DNA from: Octopus bimaculoides
Lineage: Eukaryota
Direction: 5' to 3'
Length of the DNA: 64,000 nucleotides
Assembly (NCBI RefSeq): GCF_001194135.2
Contig: NC_068986.1
Location: 4,234,578 to 4,298,577, forward strand
This document shows, piece by piece, positions 1 through 10,749 of this stretch (within the stretch, counting starts at the first letter, position 1; each line of letters opens with the position of its first letter). Below the pieces are notes generated by a model. It was not told the DNA's origin. It saw only the letters and a list, made by a program, of their open reading frames with translations, and made no database searches. A program made the translations under genes and the position numbers.

Positions 1-61
<61 letters not shown>

Positions 62-218
62 GTGTGTATATATATATGTGTGTGTGTATATATATATGTG
101 TGTGTGTATATATATATGTGTGTGTGTATATATATATGTATATATGTGTGTATATATATATGTGTGTGTATATATATATGTGTATGTGTGTATATATATA
201 TGTGTGTGTATATATATA

Positions 219-255
<37 letters not shown>
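1..255. repeat. Compound (TA)n/(TG)n microsatellite with a ~18-20 bp higher-order period
   Basis: Alternating TA and TG runs read directly; source of the spurious YIYICV ORFs. Confidence 0.97.
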
Positions 256-311
256 TTACCAATGTGGAACAGCACTAGTTCGAATATTTTGTCTCAGAAA
301 AATTTCTCAGA

Positions 312-697
312 GACACAGGCACGACTGTGTGGCTAAGAACTTTGCTTCCCAGCCACACGGTTCTGGGTTCAGTCCCACTAGATGACACCTTGTTAGAGGA
401 TTTGGTTGATGGAAACTGAAAGAAGCCTATTCTATATGTGTGTTTCTGTATGTGAATGAGTGTGTGTGTGTGTGTTCACATCTCCTTGCCTTCACATCAC
501 TTGATAGCTTTAAATGAGTTTTTCTCTATAATGCAAGCAGTGTCATTCATATTGATTATTCTGTGAAAACATGTCTGGCCATGAGGAAGTATTACTTTAT
601 GTAGAAACAGGTGAGGTTGGTAGCAGGAACAGCATCTGGCTGTAGGAAATATGCCTCAGGAAAAACCTGGAAAAATGGACATTAAAACAATGATGAC
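312..697 (+). mobile_element. tRNA-derived SINE, subfamily S1b (S1 head, RTE-type 3' tail), degenerate
   Basis: Head GACTGTGTGG...GGGTTCAGTCCCACT (A/B-box-like), body GGATTTGGTTGATGGAAACTGAAAGAAGCC, internal (TG)n, tail GGTTGGTAGCAGGAACAGCATC...GGACATTAAAACAATGATGA; parallels 28212-28580. Confidence 0.7.
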
Positions 698-1134
698 TTG
701 TGAATAAAAAAAAAAAAAAAGAATACAGCTTTATGCAGAATGTTGGTGGATCACCAGACCTGGTGTTTCAACTTAATTAGGCCTTTTCAGTGATGAACAC
801 TTGGACTTTCTGAGCTAAGCCAAATATGTTTGTTCCAATATAAAAATCATTAAAAACAACTTTTACTGATTCATGTGAAAGCTAACCACATTTACACACA
901 TGCACAAACACATGTATCATTTGCTTAATGTCTATATATCTCTGCTAATGTGGGATAGATTCTATGAATATGTCATTAAAGCATTGTTTACAGCTGAATG
1001 TCTTTCTTAATGATAACCCTTGGACAAGCTGTTGACAGGAAAAGTACCGCACATCATGTTATTCGAATAAGTGAGCACAGATGTAAACAAACACACAGAT
1101 ATACACATATATGTTTACATATATATATAAATAA

Positions 1135-1292
1135 CAAGCTTCTCTTCAGTTTCCTTCTGCCAAATCCTCTCACAAAGTTTTAGTCAGGCCATGGTAATAG
1201 CAGAAGACACTTGCCCAACGTGATTCACAAAGGGACAGTGGGACTGAAACCAAAACTGCAAAGTCGGGAAGCAAACTACTTCTTAACCATGC
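1135..1292 (-). mobile_element. S1 SINE 5' fragment
   Basis: TTCAGTTTCC...CACAAAG...AGAAGACACTTGCCCAA...GTGGGACTGAAACC is the reverse complement of the S1 head at 14932. Confidence 0.75.
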
Positions 1293-1321
1293 AACTATGT
1301 TTGTACCTTGATAATTAAATA

Positions 1322-1352
<31 letters not shown>

Positions 1353-1482
1353 GTGTATATATACATATATATGAGTGTGCATGTGTATAGATGTATACAT
1401 ATATGTGCGTGTGTATAGATGTATACATATGTGTGTGTGTGTAGATATATAGATAGATATATGTACATATTCTGTACATATA

Positions 1483-1653
1483 CATAAAAAGCACCCAACA
1501 CACTCTGTAAAGTGGTTGGCATTAGGAAGGGCATCCAGCCATAAAAAGCAAGCCAAGTCAGACTGAAGCCTGGTGTAACTCTCCTACTTGACAACTCTGG
1601 TTAAACTGTTCAACCCATGCCAGTATGGAAAGCGGATGTTAAATGATGATGAT
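1483..1653 (+). mobile_element. RTE LINE 3' UTR fragment with (GAT)n tail
   Basis: AAAAGCACCCAACACACTCTGTAAAGTGGTTGGCATTAGGAAGGGCATCCAGCC...GGAAAGCGGATGTTAAATGATGATGAT; matches the 3' end of the RTE copy at 9185-9363. Confidence 0.85.
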
Positions 1654-2281
1654 ATATATTATCTGTGTGTGTGTGTGTGTATAAACACAAACATGCACCA
1701 CACACACACTCACACACAAGTGTATGGATTTTCATAGTTTCCATCTGCTAGTTCCATTCCATCCACAAAGTTTCAGTTGGCCTGAGATTATTTACAGAAG
1801 ACACTTGCCCTTGGTGCCATGCTATGAGTTTGAACTCAAGGCCATGCACTTTACTAAAAAAAAAGTAAGCTCCATATTCACATGGTCTTTCTTATATTAA
1901 TAAACATAATTAGCTCATAAATTTTTAACTATAATGTTTAAGTTCATGTTTTGCCTCAACCAAATTTTAGATTTCAACTGCATTCAAAATATCAGTCCCT
2001 TTAATTTCCACAGGATAAGACCATATTCCATAAATTTGCTTCATGTAAATAACTGTAAGAAAATGAAAAACAGATAGTACAGCTGCAACAAATTAATCTC
2101 CTTTAGTTAGTATTACTTTGATATCAGCTGGGATTAGGGGAAAAGGAAAACAAACAAAAGAGAATAAAAGGCACTGCAGTATAGTATAGTATATTATGAA
2201 TTGTATGTAGATGTTGTTTTGTTGAACTTTTAGATTTATAAATACAACTAATGCATGAGTTACCAAAAATTATAAAATAAA

Positions 2282-2300
2282 TTTTTTTCTTTTTCTGTTT

Positions 2301-2350
<50 letters not shown>
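2282..2350. repeat. Poly-T / T-rich tract
   Basis: More than 45 consecutive T; produces the poly-K ORF 2124..2372. Confidence 0.95.
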
Positions 2351-2351
<1 letters not shown>

Positions 2352-2857
2352 GTCACTTCTATGAAAATTCACAGTGGTATTATATTTTTTGAATAATATC
2401 CTGCTTACAGTTATTTATTAAAGTGTGAAGTGTGGATTGTTTATAAGACATTATTTGTGCTTGATCGGTGAGCTCTCCAGTAAATTACTGCTCTCTTCTA
2501 AAGGAAGAAATAAGGAGCAAAACAGAATTAGTTTTCACTTGAAAGCACTTAAGTTTTACTGATAAATATAATTATTTATTTATTATTTTTTTTGTTTAGC
2601 TTATTTTTGGAAAGTAGCTGGTTGAATAGAAACAAAAACAGAGTATTTGTATCTAAATACTTTTAAACTTCATATATTTCTCTTTGAAGTACACTAGATG
2701 ATGTTTTAGTTAATACTATTATTATTTCCTAGTTAATAGTTTATCAGTTTTTTTACTAACTTATAAATTCCATTAGATTTAGTTACTGTAGTCAATAATT
2801 ACAGCCAGCCATCTTTTAACTTTGACAGACATTAATTTTTTTTTATTTTTTTTATAG

Positions 2858-2885
2858 CCAGAGAAGTTTGTTACACACAGAATTG
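2858..2885 (+). other. Candidate 28-nt internal exon of an unidentified host transcript
   Basis: Long T-rich tract ending TATAG, then CCAGAGAAGTTTGTTACACACAGAATTG, then GTAAAT; open in all three frames. Splice-signal pattern only. Confidence 0.25.
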
Positions 2886-3092
2886 GTAAATTAAATTATT
2901 AGTCTGCATTAGAATACTTAATCAGAAATAATTATGTGGTTGAGAAAATACAATTTCAGTTGATGACTGATATTGTTTTAATTATTCCTGAAAATACAAG
3001 AGATAATTCCAACATGTTACAGTCTTATCAGCTCTTCTCAGCAAAGCATACACTTCTATTCTGGACTGGTGTTTTAATGCTCAAAGCATTAC

Positions 3093-3310
3093 CTCTTTAG
3101 CATTCAGATTATTCTTCCAAATGTAACTCTTATTTATTTACTTTATTTTGAATTAATCATGCATTATCTCATAGCTTTGAGATTTCTATGATGCGGTTGT
3201 TCATTTTTTGAATGACATTGTAAGGTAGGTATAAGAGGCCAGATCTAGCTGGTTTGAACATAAAATACAGAATATTTTGGCTGGATATGGCTGCTTTAAA
3301 TGCTAAAGTG
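3093..3310 (+). mobile_element. piggyBac-type MITE, degenerate
   Basis: Ends CTCTTTAGCATT / AATGCTAAAGTG (TIR consensus CCCTTTAGCATT); internal sequence is the reverse complement of 5733-5943. Confidence 0.8.
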
Positions 3311-3439
3311 TTGAATATGGTAACACTAACTCAACTATTGTTTTACATCTACTCTTGTATAATATTCTACACTTTACTAGTGATTCTTTCATCAGTACAT
3401 GAAGTATTATGGGGAAGTTTATATTCCAAGAAAGGAGAG

Positions 3440-4060
3440 ATGGATGTACACCATAACAAGGTCGCTGAATTGGGAGGTTCTCATTCCAGATATGGCTCAC
3501 TGTTTTATTAGTATAAAGTGAGCTGAAATTGCGAGTGACCACAAATGAATGACATGTGAGAGTGAGTATCTGGCAGACCATGTTTGGAAACCATACTGGA
3601 GGTTACTGAATGAGAAATTCAAGATGATTATAGAATCGCATTACTTTGAAGTGGTGGCACTGAGAGCAATAGGTTACAAGTTGGCAAAGCTAGTGACATC
3701 ACTACTTTGTGTGGATGGGATTCACTGTAATATGTTTCAAAATACTGGGATAAATTCTTAGAGAGGGAGAGAGAGACAGAGAGATTGAAGAATTTGCTAA
3801 GGATTGGAGCCAGTTCTAAAGTGTAATGATTGAGAATGATAGACGGGAAGCCATTGGAACTCACTGCCATGTTGGCTTGTGCAACTGGAAAAGTTTTCAA
3901 ATGTAGTGACTGTGTACATGGTGATGCAACCAAGTAACTGTAGAAAGGAGTTTGGGAGGATTTATAGTGAGGGTTTGTTATGTAGGGTTGTAGATAAAAG
4001 CCAATAGCGACTCTGAAAAGACCATCCCCTCCCAGGTCTTGTTGGTTTTGAATTGTCATC
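3440..4060 (-). mobile_element. Degenerate CR1/Jockey-group LINE RT fragment
   Basis: Minus-strand frames give NGFPSIILNHYTLELAPILSKFFNLS, PIALSATTSK and SNLQYGFQ, resembling the DGIPxxxLKxCAPELAPxLxxLF, RPISL and QYGFR RT motifs; stops and frameshifts present. Confidence 0.6.
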
Positions 4061-4134
4061 AATGCTTCTGTGAGATTATTTTTGGCTAGAGAGTGGTGTT
4101 AGCCCTTTGCAAACCCATTTTTAGCTCTAGGAAG

Positions 4135-4285
4135 AAGTGGTCCATATTAGTCTGGCCTCTATCCTTTGATAGAGGTCTTATGAGGAGCTTGTGCTCTGCT
4201 GGCCATAGCTTTCAGGGGCATTGAGATATAAGCCACCACAGCACAACAAGGATTGGACTTTGTGGTGGAAAGCAGGAACAGAGTT
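4135..4285 (+). repeat. Dispersed repeat fragment shared with 45890-46010
   Basis: GGTCCATATTAGTCTGGCCTCTATCCTTTGA...CATAGCT vs GGTCCATATTAGTCCAGCCTCTGTCCTTTGA...CATAGCT; possibly a LINE/SINE 5' region (inference). Confidence 0.5.
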
Positions 4286-5732
4286 TTCTGCTTGCTTTCT
4301 AATGTGCCACTGGCACAAGTGCCAGTAAGGCAACACTGGTAACGGGATATCAAAATGATGTTATTAATTTATTGTTTAGTTTTAAAGATTATTAATCATT
4401 TATTCCCCAAGTTGTTGATTGTAAATGTTTTATCATTGTTTAAAACATATTTATATTACGCACAATTCATTAATGTGATCATTTACCTCTGTGGATTCCA
4501 CCATAGGTTGTTGTTTTGCCCTAATGTATCTGTGACACATTAGAGCGTAGTGTTATATAAGGTTTTCTCTATGGTTTATATGTTATTACTAAAGTAAAAC
4601 AAGGATATTGTGTACTTTAATCAAATGGAGATAAAATAATAAAATGCTGGAAACATTAGAAACCATGGATTTAGCAGATTACATATTGAACTGTTTACTC
4701 ATGGATTCTGTCGACCTCCTGCAAGTATTTCAGTGTGGTTCTGGGCAAACCAGTTTACTCTCTGTTTTCTCAATTTATCTTGTTTTTGGAATTTTTTATG
4801 GATAAAGTAAATAAAACTAATCATGTGAAGCAAAGCTCTGATTACAAAAACCATGTAAATTGATCTGTTCTAACTGGGTGTTGGAAGAAACAGATTTATT
4901 TTTTATTATTTGTGGGGTTTTTTTTCTATCTTAAATGTGTATGTGTTTGTGCTTCTAGAATTTTACTTCCGTTTTTCTTGGCTAATGTGGATTAGATGAT
5001 TTCACAAAAAAAATCTGGTACTAACAAAAGTTTGCTGTGAAGTGGTTTTTCCGCTCTGTTTTGCTGATGATGTCATTTACCTGTAAAGTGTTATATCTCC
5101 ATTCATATGTAAATTGTCTGTTTTATACTCAGTGTGAGTAATATGTTTTAACAAGTTAGAGTATGTATATTGTTTTCATTCTTGTTATTGAGTTTATATA
5201 TTTTATAAACATATTTTTACTTGTTTGATTCATGTTGATGTCCGTTTTCTACTTTGTTATTTGGGGTTTAACAATAAATAGTAAAAGCACAACAGAGTTA
5301 ACATAATAGCATGGTTTTAAATTGAGAAACATTTTATAACATTGTTTATTTCGCTGAACTATTGTAGTCCTTTTTCCACTTTTTAAAGACATTATTTCGT
5401 TACAAGCATTTAGACCAGTGCTCTGGTCTGAGAATTATATAGTCTTTTGAAATGTTGATTCCAACTAACCTTTTAGTTCTGCTGATTGTCAGAGAGTACC
5501 TCTAGAAAAAGACTTCCCAGCTGAGGCTCAGTTTCAGTATCAATACTGAGGCAGATGAAATCTGTGATTAGCACAAAAAATGGCTACTGTCTCCTAATTC
5601 CTTGTTCTCAATGTCGTCTTCAATTTGACACTCTTTCTTAGCAAACCTGGGATATTTTGTGTGCAACTAAGACATGTTCCACCACACTTTAATTGCTTTC
5701 ATGATAGAAACCTCAGAAACATTCTCCTTTAA

Positions 5733-5943
5733 CCCTTTAGCATTTAAACTAGCCACATCCAGCTAAAATATTCTACTTGTTTTATGCTCAAACTGGCCAG
5801 ACCCAGCCTCTAACACCTATAATGTCATTGAAAAAATAAAGTTACAACATCAAAATCTCGAGGCTTCAGGATAATGCATGATTAATTCAACACAATGTGA
5901 ATAAATAAGCCTTACATTTGACAGTTATCTGAATACTGAAAGG
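5733..5943 (-). mobile_element. piggyBac-type MITE with TTAA target-site duplication
   Basis: TTAA(5729-32)|CCCTTTAGCATT...GAATACTGAAAGG|TTAA(5944-47); ~211 bp, non-coding. TTAA TSD plus CCC/GGG ends is the established piggyBac signature. Confidence 0.85.
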
Positions 5944-6396
5944 TTAAATATGAGACTGTCTACATTCCTTCATCAATACAAAACCAGTCATTACACATAT
6001 CGAGAAAAATAATCTTGCACCACATCGTTACTGTTCATGGACAGCACATAGATAGAACCTGATATGTCAATATATTTGGTCTCACTGTCTCTTGATCTCA
6101 CATGGTGACTTAAGAATTAATTGAAACAAAAGCAGCGCATTTCAACAGCAATATGGTAACAAAAGTGTTAAGATAATGAAGAATTTAGGAAAATAACTGC
6201 CTCTAATAAGGTGGTGTGTGGAACAAATTAGCATTAAATTTTAATAGACGATTTTAATTTAGATCTATTTAAAACAGAATGTTTGCATCATAGTACCAGG
6301 GACATTCTCAAACAAATTGGTGCCAGAAGGATTAAATCAAACATTATTTACATTATTTACATTTGACAGATATTTGTCCTCATCTTGTTTGTTGTT

Positions 6397-6442
6397 AACA
6401 CAACTTTTCGGCTGATATACTCTCCAGCCTTCATCAGGTGTC
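6397..6442 (-). ncRNA. Second hammerhead motif copy, probably inactivated
   Basis: Reverse complement reads GACAC-CTGATGA-AGGCTG-GAGAGTATAT-CAGCC-GAAAAGT-T-GTGTT; the C>A change breaks the ACGU stem III. Confidence 0.6.
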
Positions 6443-6690
6443 TTGGGGGAAATTTCGAACCTGGGTTCTCATTCCTAAAGTATTTTTCGATATTCTTCTT
6501 CTTCTTCTTATTATTATTATTCAGGTCACTACCTGGAATCGAACTCAGAATCTTGGGGTTAAGAACGCAGGCTACTAACCCCAAGATTCCAAGTTCGATT
6601 CTAGGCAGTGACCTGAATGATAATAATAACAATAATAATAACATTGAAAAATACCTTAGGAATGAGAACCCAGGTTCAAAATTTCCCCAA

Positions 6691-6736
6691 TACACCTGAT
6701 GAAGGCTGGAGGGTATATCAGCCGAAACGTTGTGTT
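6691..6736 (+). ncRNA. Minimal type-I hammerhead ribozyme motif
   Basis: ACAC-CTGATGA-A-GGCTG-(10-nt loop)-CAGCC-GAAACGT-T-GTGT: core CUGAUGA/GAAA, 5-bp stem II, palindromic ACGU stem III, 4-bp stem I, predicted cleavage after U6731. One extra A precedes stem II; activity untested. Confidence 0.7.
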
Positions 6737-7039
6737 AACAACAAACAAGATGAAGGCAAATATCCATCAAATGTAAATAATGTACATAATTCCTCATCTC
6801 TTAAATATAGAACTGGATTAAATCAAAGCATGAAAACTGCATCTTAAATTTTAGTGTTCAACTTTAGGACTAGAGAATACTTCAGCTTTGATTGCTGCTG
6901 ACAAATTACTGTGACCATGAGTAGTGCCCTACATTAGCGTACTATATTTGATCTGTGTTTCTGCTATACACAGAGACATCCAAAGAAACGGTATCTGAGT
7001 AATTGGTACAAACTCTTCAACATGGTACAATCACTATGC

Positions 7040-7240
7040 CCATAAACATTCTGTTTCCTCTCTCTGTATTTTCTATTGCTACTATAATGGTTTCTTGCCC
7101 CTCTTAATTTCCAAGCTGTGTGCCTCCTCAGTCCAAGTACATCACTTTTATGCCTGCATTTTGAAAATCTAGACCAATCACTTCATTCACCCCTTTGTCC
7201 TCTGAGTTACATCTATTTGCAATTTTCTCTCATCACATTT
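7040..7240 (+). mobile_element. Possible degenerate CR1-like LINE 3' coding relic
   Basis: Translation LCIFYCYYNGFLPLLISKL resembles the LFYRYYxGxCSxEL motif of CR1-group C-termini; weak. Confidence 0.3.
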
Positions 7241-7354
7241 TTATCTATTGGTTTCGCCCCTACATCTGTCAAACCGAATGTTAATTACATTGATCTCACT
7301 TCTTTGTGAAGACCTATCATTGTCATGGATGTCATTATTTTTCTTTTGTAGTTA

Positions 7355-7572
7355 GCTAACAAGAGAGCCTCTACATAGTCTCTCAACCTGGTAGAAATAG
7401 CATTCGACACATCAAACATATCCTTATTAAAAAAAGACCATATTAGATAGATGTAATCCTTGTTACACTGTGTTTGAAAAAAAAAAAGAAGTTGGGATTT
7501 GCAAAGGACATAACTGGAATGCTTTTGATGATAGGTTTGATAAGTTAGGGTTGACCTGGGTATAACAACTTA
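7355..7572 (+). repeat. Dispersed repeat S5 (also 27908-28110, 43685-43930)
   Basis: Shared GAGCCTCTACAT...TAGAAATAGCA...CAAA...CCT...AAAAA...ATTAGAT...GGGTTGACCTG blocks among three copies. Confidence 0.55.
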
Positions 7573-7939
7573 ACAATGATTTCAAAGAAAGAATTTCCAA
7601 ATGTCATCAAAGGATTCTTAAAAATCAGGGTTAAAAAAATTTCTCAGATTGTTCTTGAGATTGGTTTCAAACAAATTTGATACTTACAAAAAAGTACAAA
7701 ACAAATAAAAAAAAAACCCAAACAAACACTAGAACTAACTCTGGTGATAAGTTTAATAATAATGTAGAATTATGACAGGCAAAGGAAGAGAATAATTAAA
7801 CAATATTAAACTTAAATGTCGGTAAATAGGTTGAGTTCAGATTTGATTGATAGATCAGCTAATGAGATGACAAGCATGTTAGTGGATTTCTAACAAGATG
7901 ATCAAGCCTGTTCTCTCTCTCACAGACATACACACATAA

Positions 7940-7971
<32 letters not shown>

Positions 7972-7981
7972 CGTGCGTGAA

Positions 7982-8029
<48 letters not shown>

Positions 8030-8762
8030 ATCTCTCTGGTGCTAAAAGAATTGGCAGTTTCAAACAAAAGGAACTTGATAGTGTCTTCTAAGGTATTCCT
8101 AGCATTGAAAAACAAAATTATTGATAATTTGCCCATTTCAAATTTTGTGGCTTGGATGGTACACTTGATCTGTCATTGATTTAACAGTGTACCTGGCACA
8201 TTAGGTGCCTTTAATGGAGTTTACTCTGTCGTAAACATTAGACCTATGTTTCTGGTTTGAGGATACCTTCCATCAAGTTTTGAAGGCTTGTATAGAATCG
8301 TAGGCATTCTCTCCCAATTAAAAAAAAAAAATGGCCTTAAAGTAGTTTTATTCCTGATAGTTTATCATTAGACTGCAGTCGTACTAAGGTACTGCCTTCA
8401 GGGTATTTATTATAGCCAATGGTTAAGTTCTACTAGAATTATGAGCTGTTTAGGTGTTTTTATTGGTTTATAGGCTTAAATACAAGTCAATTAACCAATT
8501 TATGCTTGTATATGCATGAACACACATATGCATGATGTTTCCATCTACCAAGTTTCACTCATGAAGCATTGCTCAATTGAAGCTATATGAAAAAGACTCT
8601 TGTCCAAAGTGCTATACAGTGGGATTGAACAATAGATTTGTGCATGGTTGTAAAACGAACTTCTTAATCAAACAGCCATAACTGCATCCATACTATTCAT
8701 TTTTAGTTTATTGATTTTTTTTTATATAGGCACAATTTTAATCTAGAGTTTTTGTATGTGGC

Positions 8763-9363
8763 AGATGTTCAGGTGCAATAAACACTGTAAACAAACAGGA
8801 AACAACTTCTATCTCATTCCAGGGAGAAAAACTAGAGGTAGTCGATAGCTTCCGCTATCTGGGTGACCAAGTTAGTAGTGGGGGTGGGTGCGCTGAAAGT
8901 GTAACTGCTAGAATAAGAATAGCCTGGGCCAAGTTTAGAGAGCTCTTACCTCTGCTGGCGACAAAGGGACTCTCACTCAGAGTAAAAGGCAGACTGTATG
9001 ACGCATGTGTACAAACAGCCATGCTACATGGCAGTGAAACATGGGCTGTNNNNNNNNNNNNNNNNNNNNNNNNNNNNNNNNNNNNNNNNNNNNNNNNNNN
9101 NTGCCAGTGCCCCTGGACTGGCTTGTGCGGGTGGCACATAAAAGACACCATTTCGAGCGTGGCCGTTTTCGTGCGGGTGACACGTAAAAGCACCCACTAC
9201 ACTCTCTGAGTGGTTGGCGTTAGGAAGGGCATCCAGCTGTAGAAACTCTGCCAAATTAGATTGGAGCCTGGTGTTGCCATCCGGTTTCACCAGTCCTCAG
9301 TCAAGTCGTCCAACCCATGCTAGCATGGAAAGCGGACGTTAAACGATGATGATGATGATGATG
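8763..9363 (+). mobile_element. 5'-truncated RTE-clade LINE (RT C-terminal ORF plus 3' UTR and (GAT)n tail), interrupted by an N-gap
   Basis: Open frame 8763-9049: RCSGAINTVNKQETTSISFQGEKLEVVDSFRYLGDQVSSGGGCAESVTARIRIAWAKFRELLPLLATKGLSLRVKGRLYDACVQTAMLHGSETWA. FRYLG and LxGSETW are hallmark RTE motifs; ends GGACGTTAAAC(GAT)n. Confidence 0.92.
9050..9101. other. Assembly gap (52 N)
   Basis: N-run. Confidence 1.
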
Positions 9364-9394
9364 ATTAGTCTACCAGGGCTTTACTCTCATTCAA

Positions 9395-9630
9395 TGTAGC
9401 AGCTGTGAGCTGGAAGAGGCTCTGTGGCAGGCTCCACACCAGATGGCTGGATGTGATTGGAAAAAACCTCCATAGGCTTGATGTCACTTTGGAGGATTCA
9501 GAAGGGCTGACATTGGACCACCAGCGATGGAGAGCACTGGTGGACCTGGTTGGCTCTACGCATGATGATGCCTCTGGAACTACTAACTTGGAATTACCCC
9601 AGCCCCATCAAGCAAGAGCATGAAGCCAGC
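9395..9630 (+). mobile_element. 3' end of a second RTE-type LINE family (also 19895-20140)
   Basis: WKRLCGRLHTRWLDVIGKNLHRLDVTLEDSEGLTLDHQRWRALV matches the RTE C-terminal RxxGRPxxRWxDxIxxDL...LAxDRxxWR pattern; tail CATCAAGCAAGAGC. Confidence 0.75.
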
Positions 9631-9730
9631 CAAGCCTTTGTGAGTCAACATAAAAGTATTGTAATGGTCTGCCCAGTGTAATGTCTGGTGTTTTGAAGTT
9701 TTCAATTTTGTTTTACTGTCAAATTTATAA

Positions 9731-10673
9731 NNNNNNNNNNNNNNNNNNNNNNNNNNNNNNNNNNNNNNNNNNNNNNNNNNNNNNNNNNNNNNNNNNNNNN
9801 NNNNNNNNNNNNNNNNNNNNNNNNNNNNNNNNNNNNNNNNNNNNNNNNNNNNNNNNNNNNNNNNNNNNNNNNNNNNNNNNNNNNNNNNNNNNNNNNNNNN
9901 NNNNNNNNNNNNNNNNNNNNNNNNNNNNNNNNNNNNNNNNNNNNNNNNNNNNNNNNNNNNNNNNNNNNNNNNNNNNNNNNNNNNNNNNNNNNNNNNNNNN
10001 NNNNNNNNNNNNNNNNNNNNNNNNNNNNNNNNNNNNNNNNNNNNNNNNNNNNNNNNNNNNNNNNNNNNNNNNNNNNNNNNNNNNNNNNNNNNNNNNNNNN
10101 NNNNNNNNNNNNNNNNNNNNNNNNNNNNNNNNNNNNNNNNNNNNNNNNNNNNNNNNNNNNNNNNNNNNNNNNNNNNNNNNNNNNNNNNNNNNNNNNNNNN
10201 NNNNNNNNNNNNNNNNNNNNNNNNNNNNNNNNNNNNNNNNNNNNNNNNNNNNNNNNNNNNNNNNNNNNNNNNNNNNNNNNNNNNNNNNNNNNNNNNNNNN
10301 NNNNNNNNNNNNNNNNNNNNNNNNNNNNNNNNNNNNNNNNNNNNNNNNNNNNNNNNNNNNNNNNNNNNNNNNNNNNNNNNNNNNNNNNNNNNNNNNNNNN
10401 NNNNNNNNNNNNNNNNNNNNNNNNNNNNNNNNNNNNNNNNNNNNNNNNNNNNNNNNNNNNNNNNNNNNNNNNNNNNNNNNNNNNNNNNNNNNNNNNNNNN
10501 NNNNNNNNNNNNNNNNNNNNNNNNNNNNNNNNNNNNNNNNNNNNNNNNNNNNNNNNNNNNNNNNNNNNNNNNNNNNNNNNNNNNNNNNNNNNNNNNNNNN
10601 NNNNNNNNNNNNNNNNNNNNNNNNNNNNNNNNNNNNNNNNNNNNNNNNNNNNNNNNNNNNNNNNNNNNNNNNN
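9731..10673. other. Assembly gap (943 N)
   Basis: N-run; ORFs spanning it are artefacts. Confidence 1.
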
Positions 10674-10745
10674 GATTTGCTTGACTATAAAGGCAGTGCT
10701 CCAGCATGGCTGCAGTCAAATGACTGAAACAAGTAAAAGAGTAAC
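10674..10745 (+). mobile_element. S1a SINE 3' end
   Basis: GATTTGCTTGACTATAAAGGCAGTGCTCCAGCATGGCTGCAGTCAAATGACTGAAACAAGTAAAAGAGT is near-identical to 15265-15330. Confidence 0.85.
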
Positions 10746-10749
10746 CAGA

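Larger units (their letters stand above)
6342..6814. mobile_element. Head-to-head inverted dimer of a tRNA-headed, hammerhead-bearing short retroelement, flanked by one 13-bp TSD
   Basis: 6343-6560 is the reverse complement of 6577-6790 apart from point changes and the AAT/CTT microsatellite. GGATTAAATCAAA occurs at 6329-6341 and 6815-6827. B-box GTTCGATTC at 6593-6601 (+) and 6536-6544 (-). Confidence 0.85.

Noticed and set aside
2-385. Long YIYICV / HTHT / SLSL / poly-K ORFs throughout the track (e.g. 2..385, 13662..14039, 39776..40030, 46146..46454)
   Set aside because: Translations of dinucleotide or homopolymer repeats, which lack stops by construction.
4644-4803. Short ORF MLETLETMDLADYILNCLLMDS...
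   Set aside because: About 53 aa, no recognisable homology and no convincing splice or promoter context.
5060-5095. CTGATGA as a further hammerhead
   Set aside because: No GAAA at a compatible distance and no stems.
6357-6699. Mirror-image ORFs 6357..6695(-) and 6385..6699(+) as a protein pair
   Set aside because: Their similarity simply reflects the DNA palindrome; no domain is recognisable.
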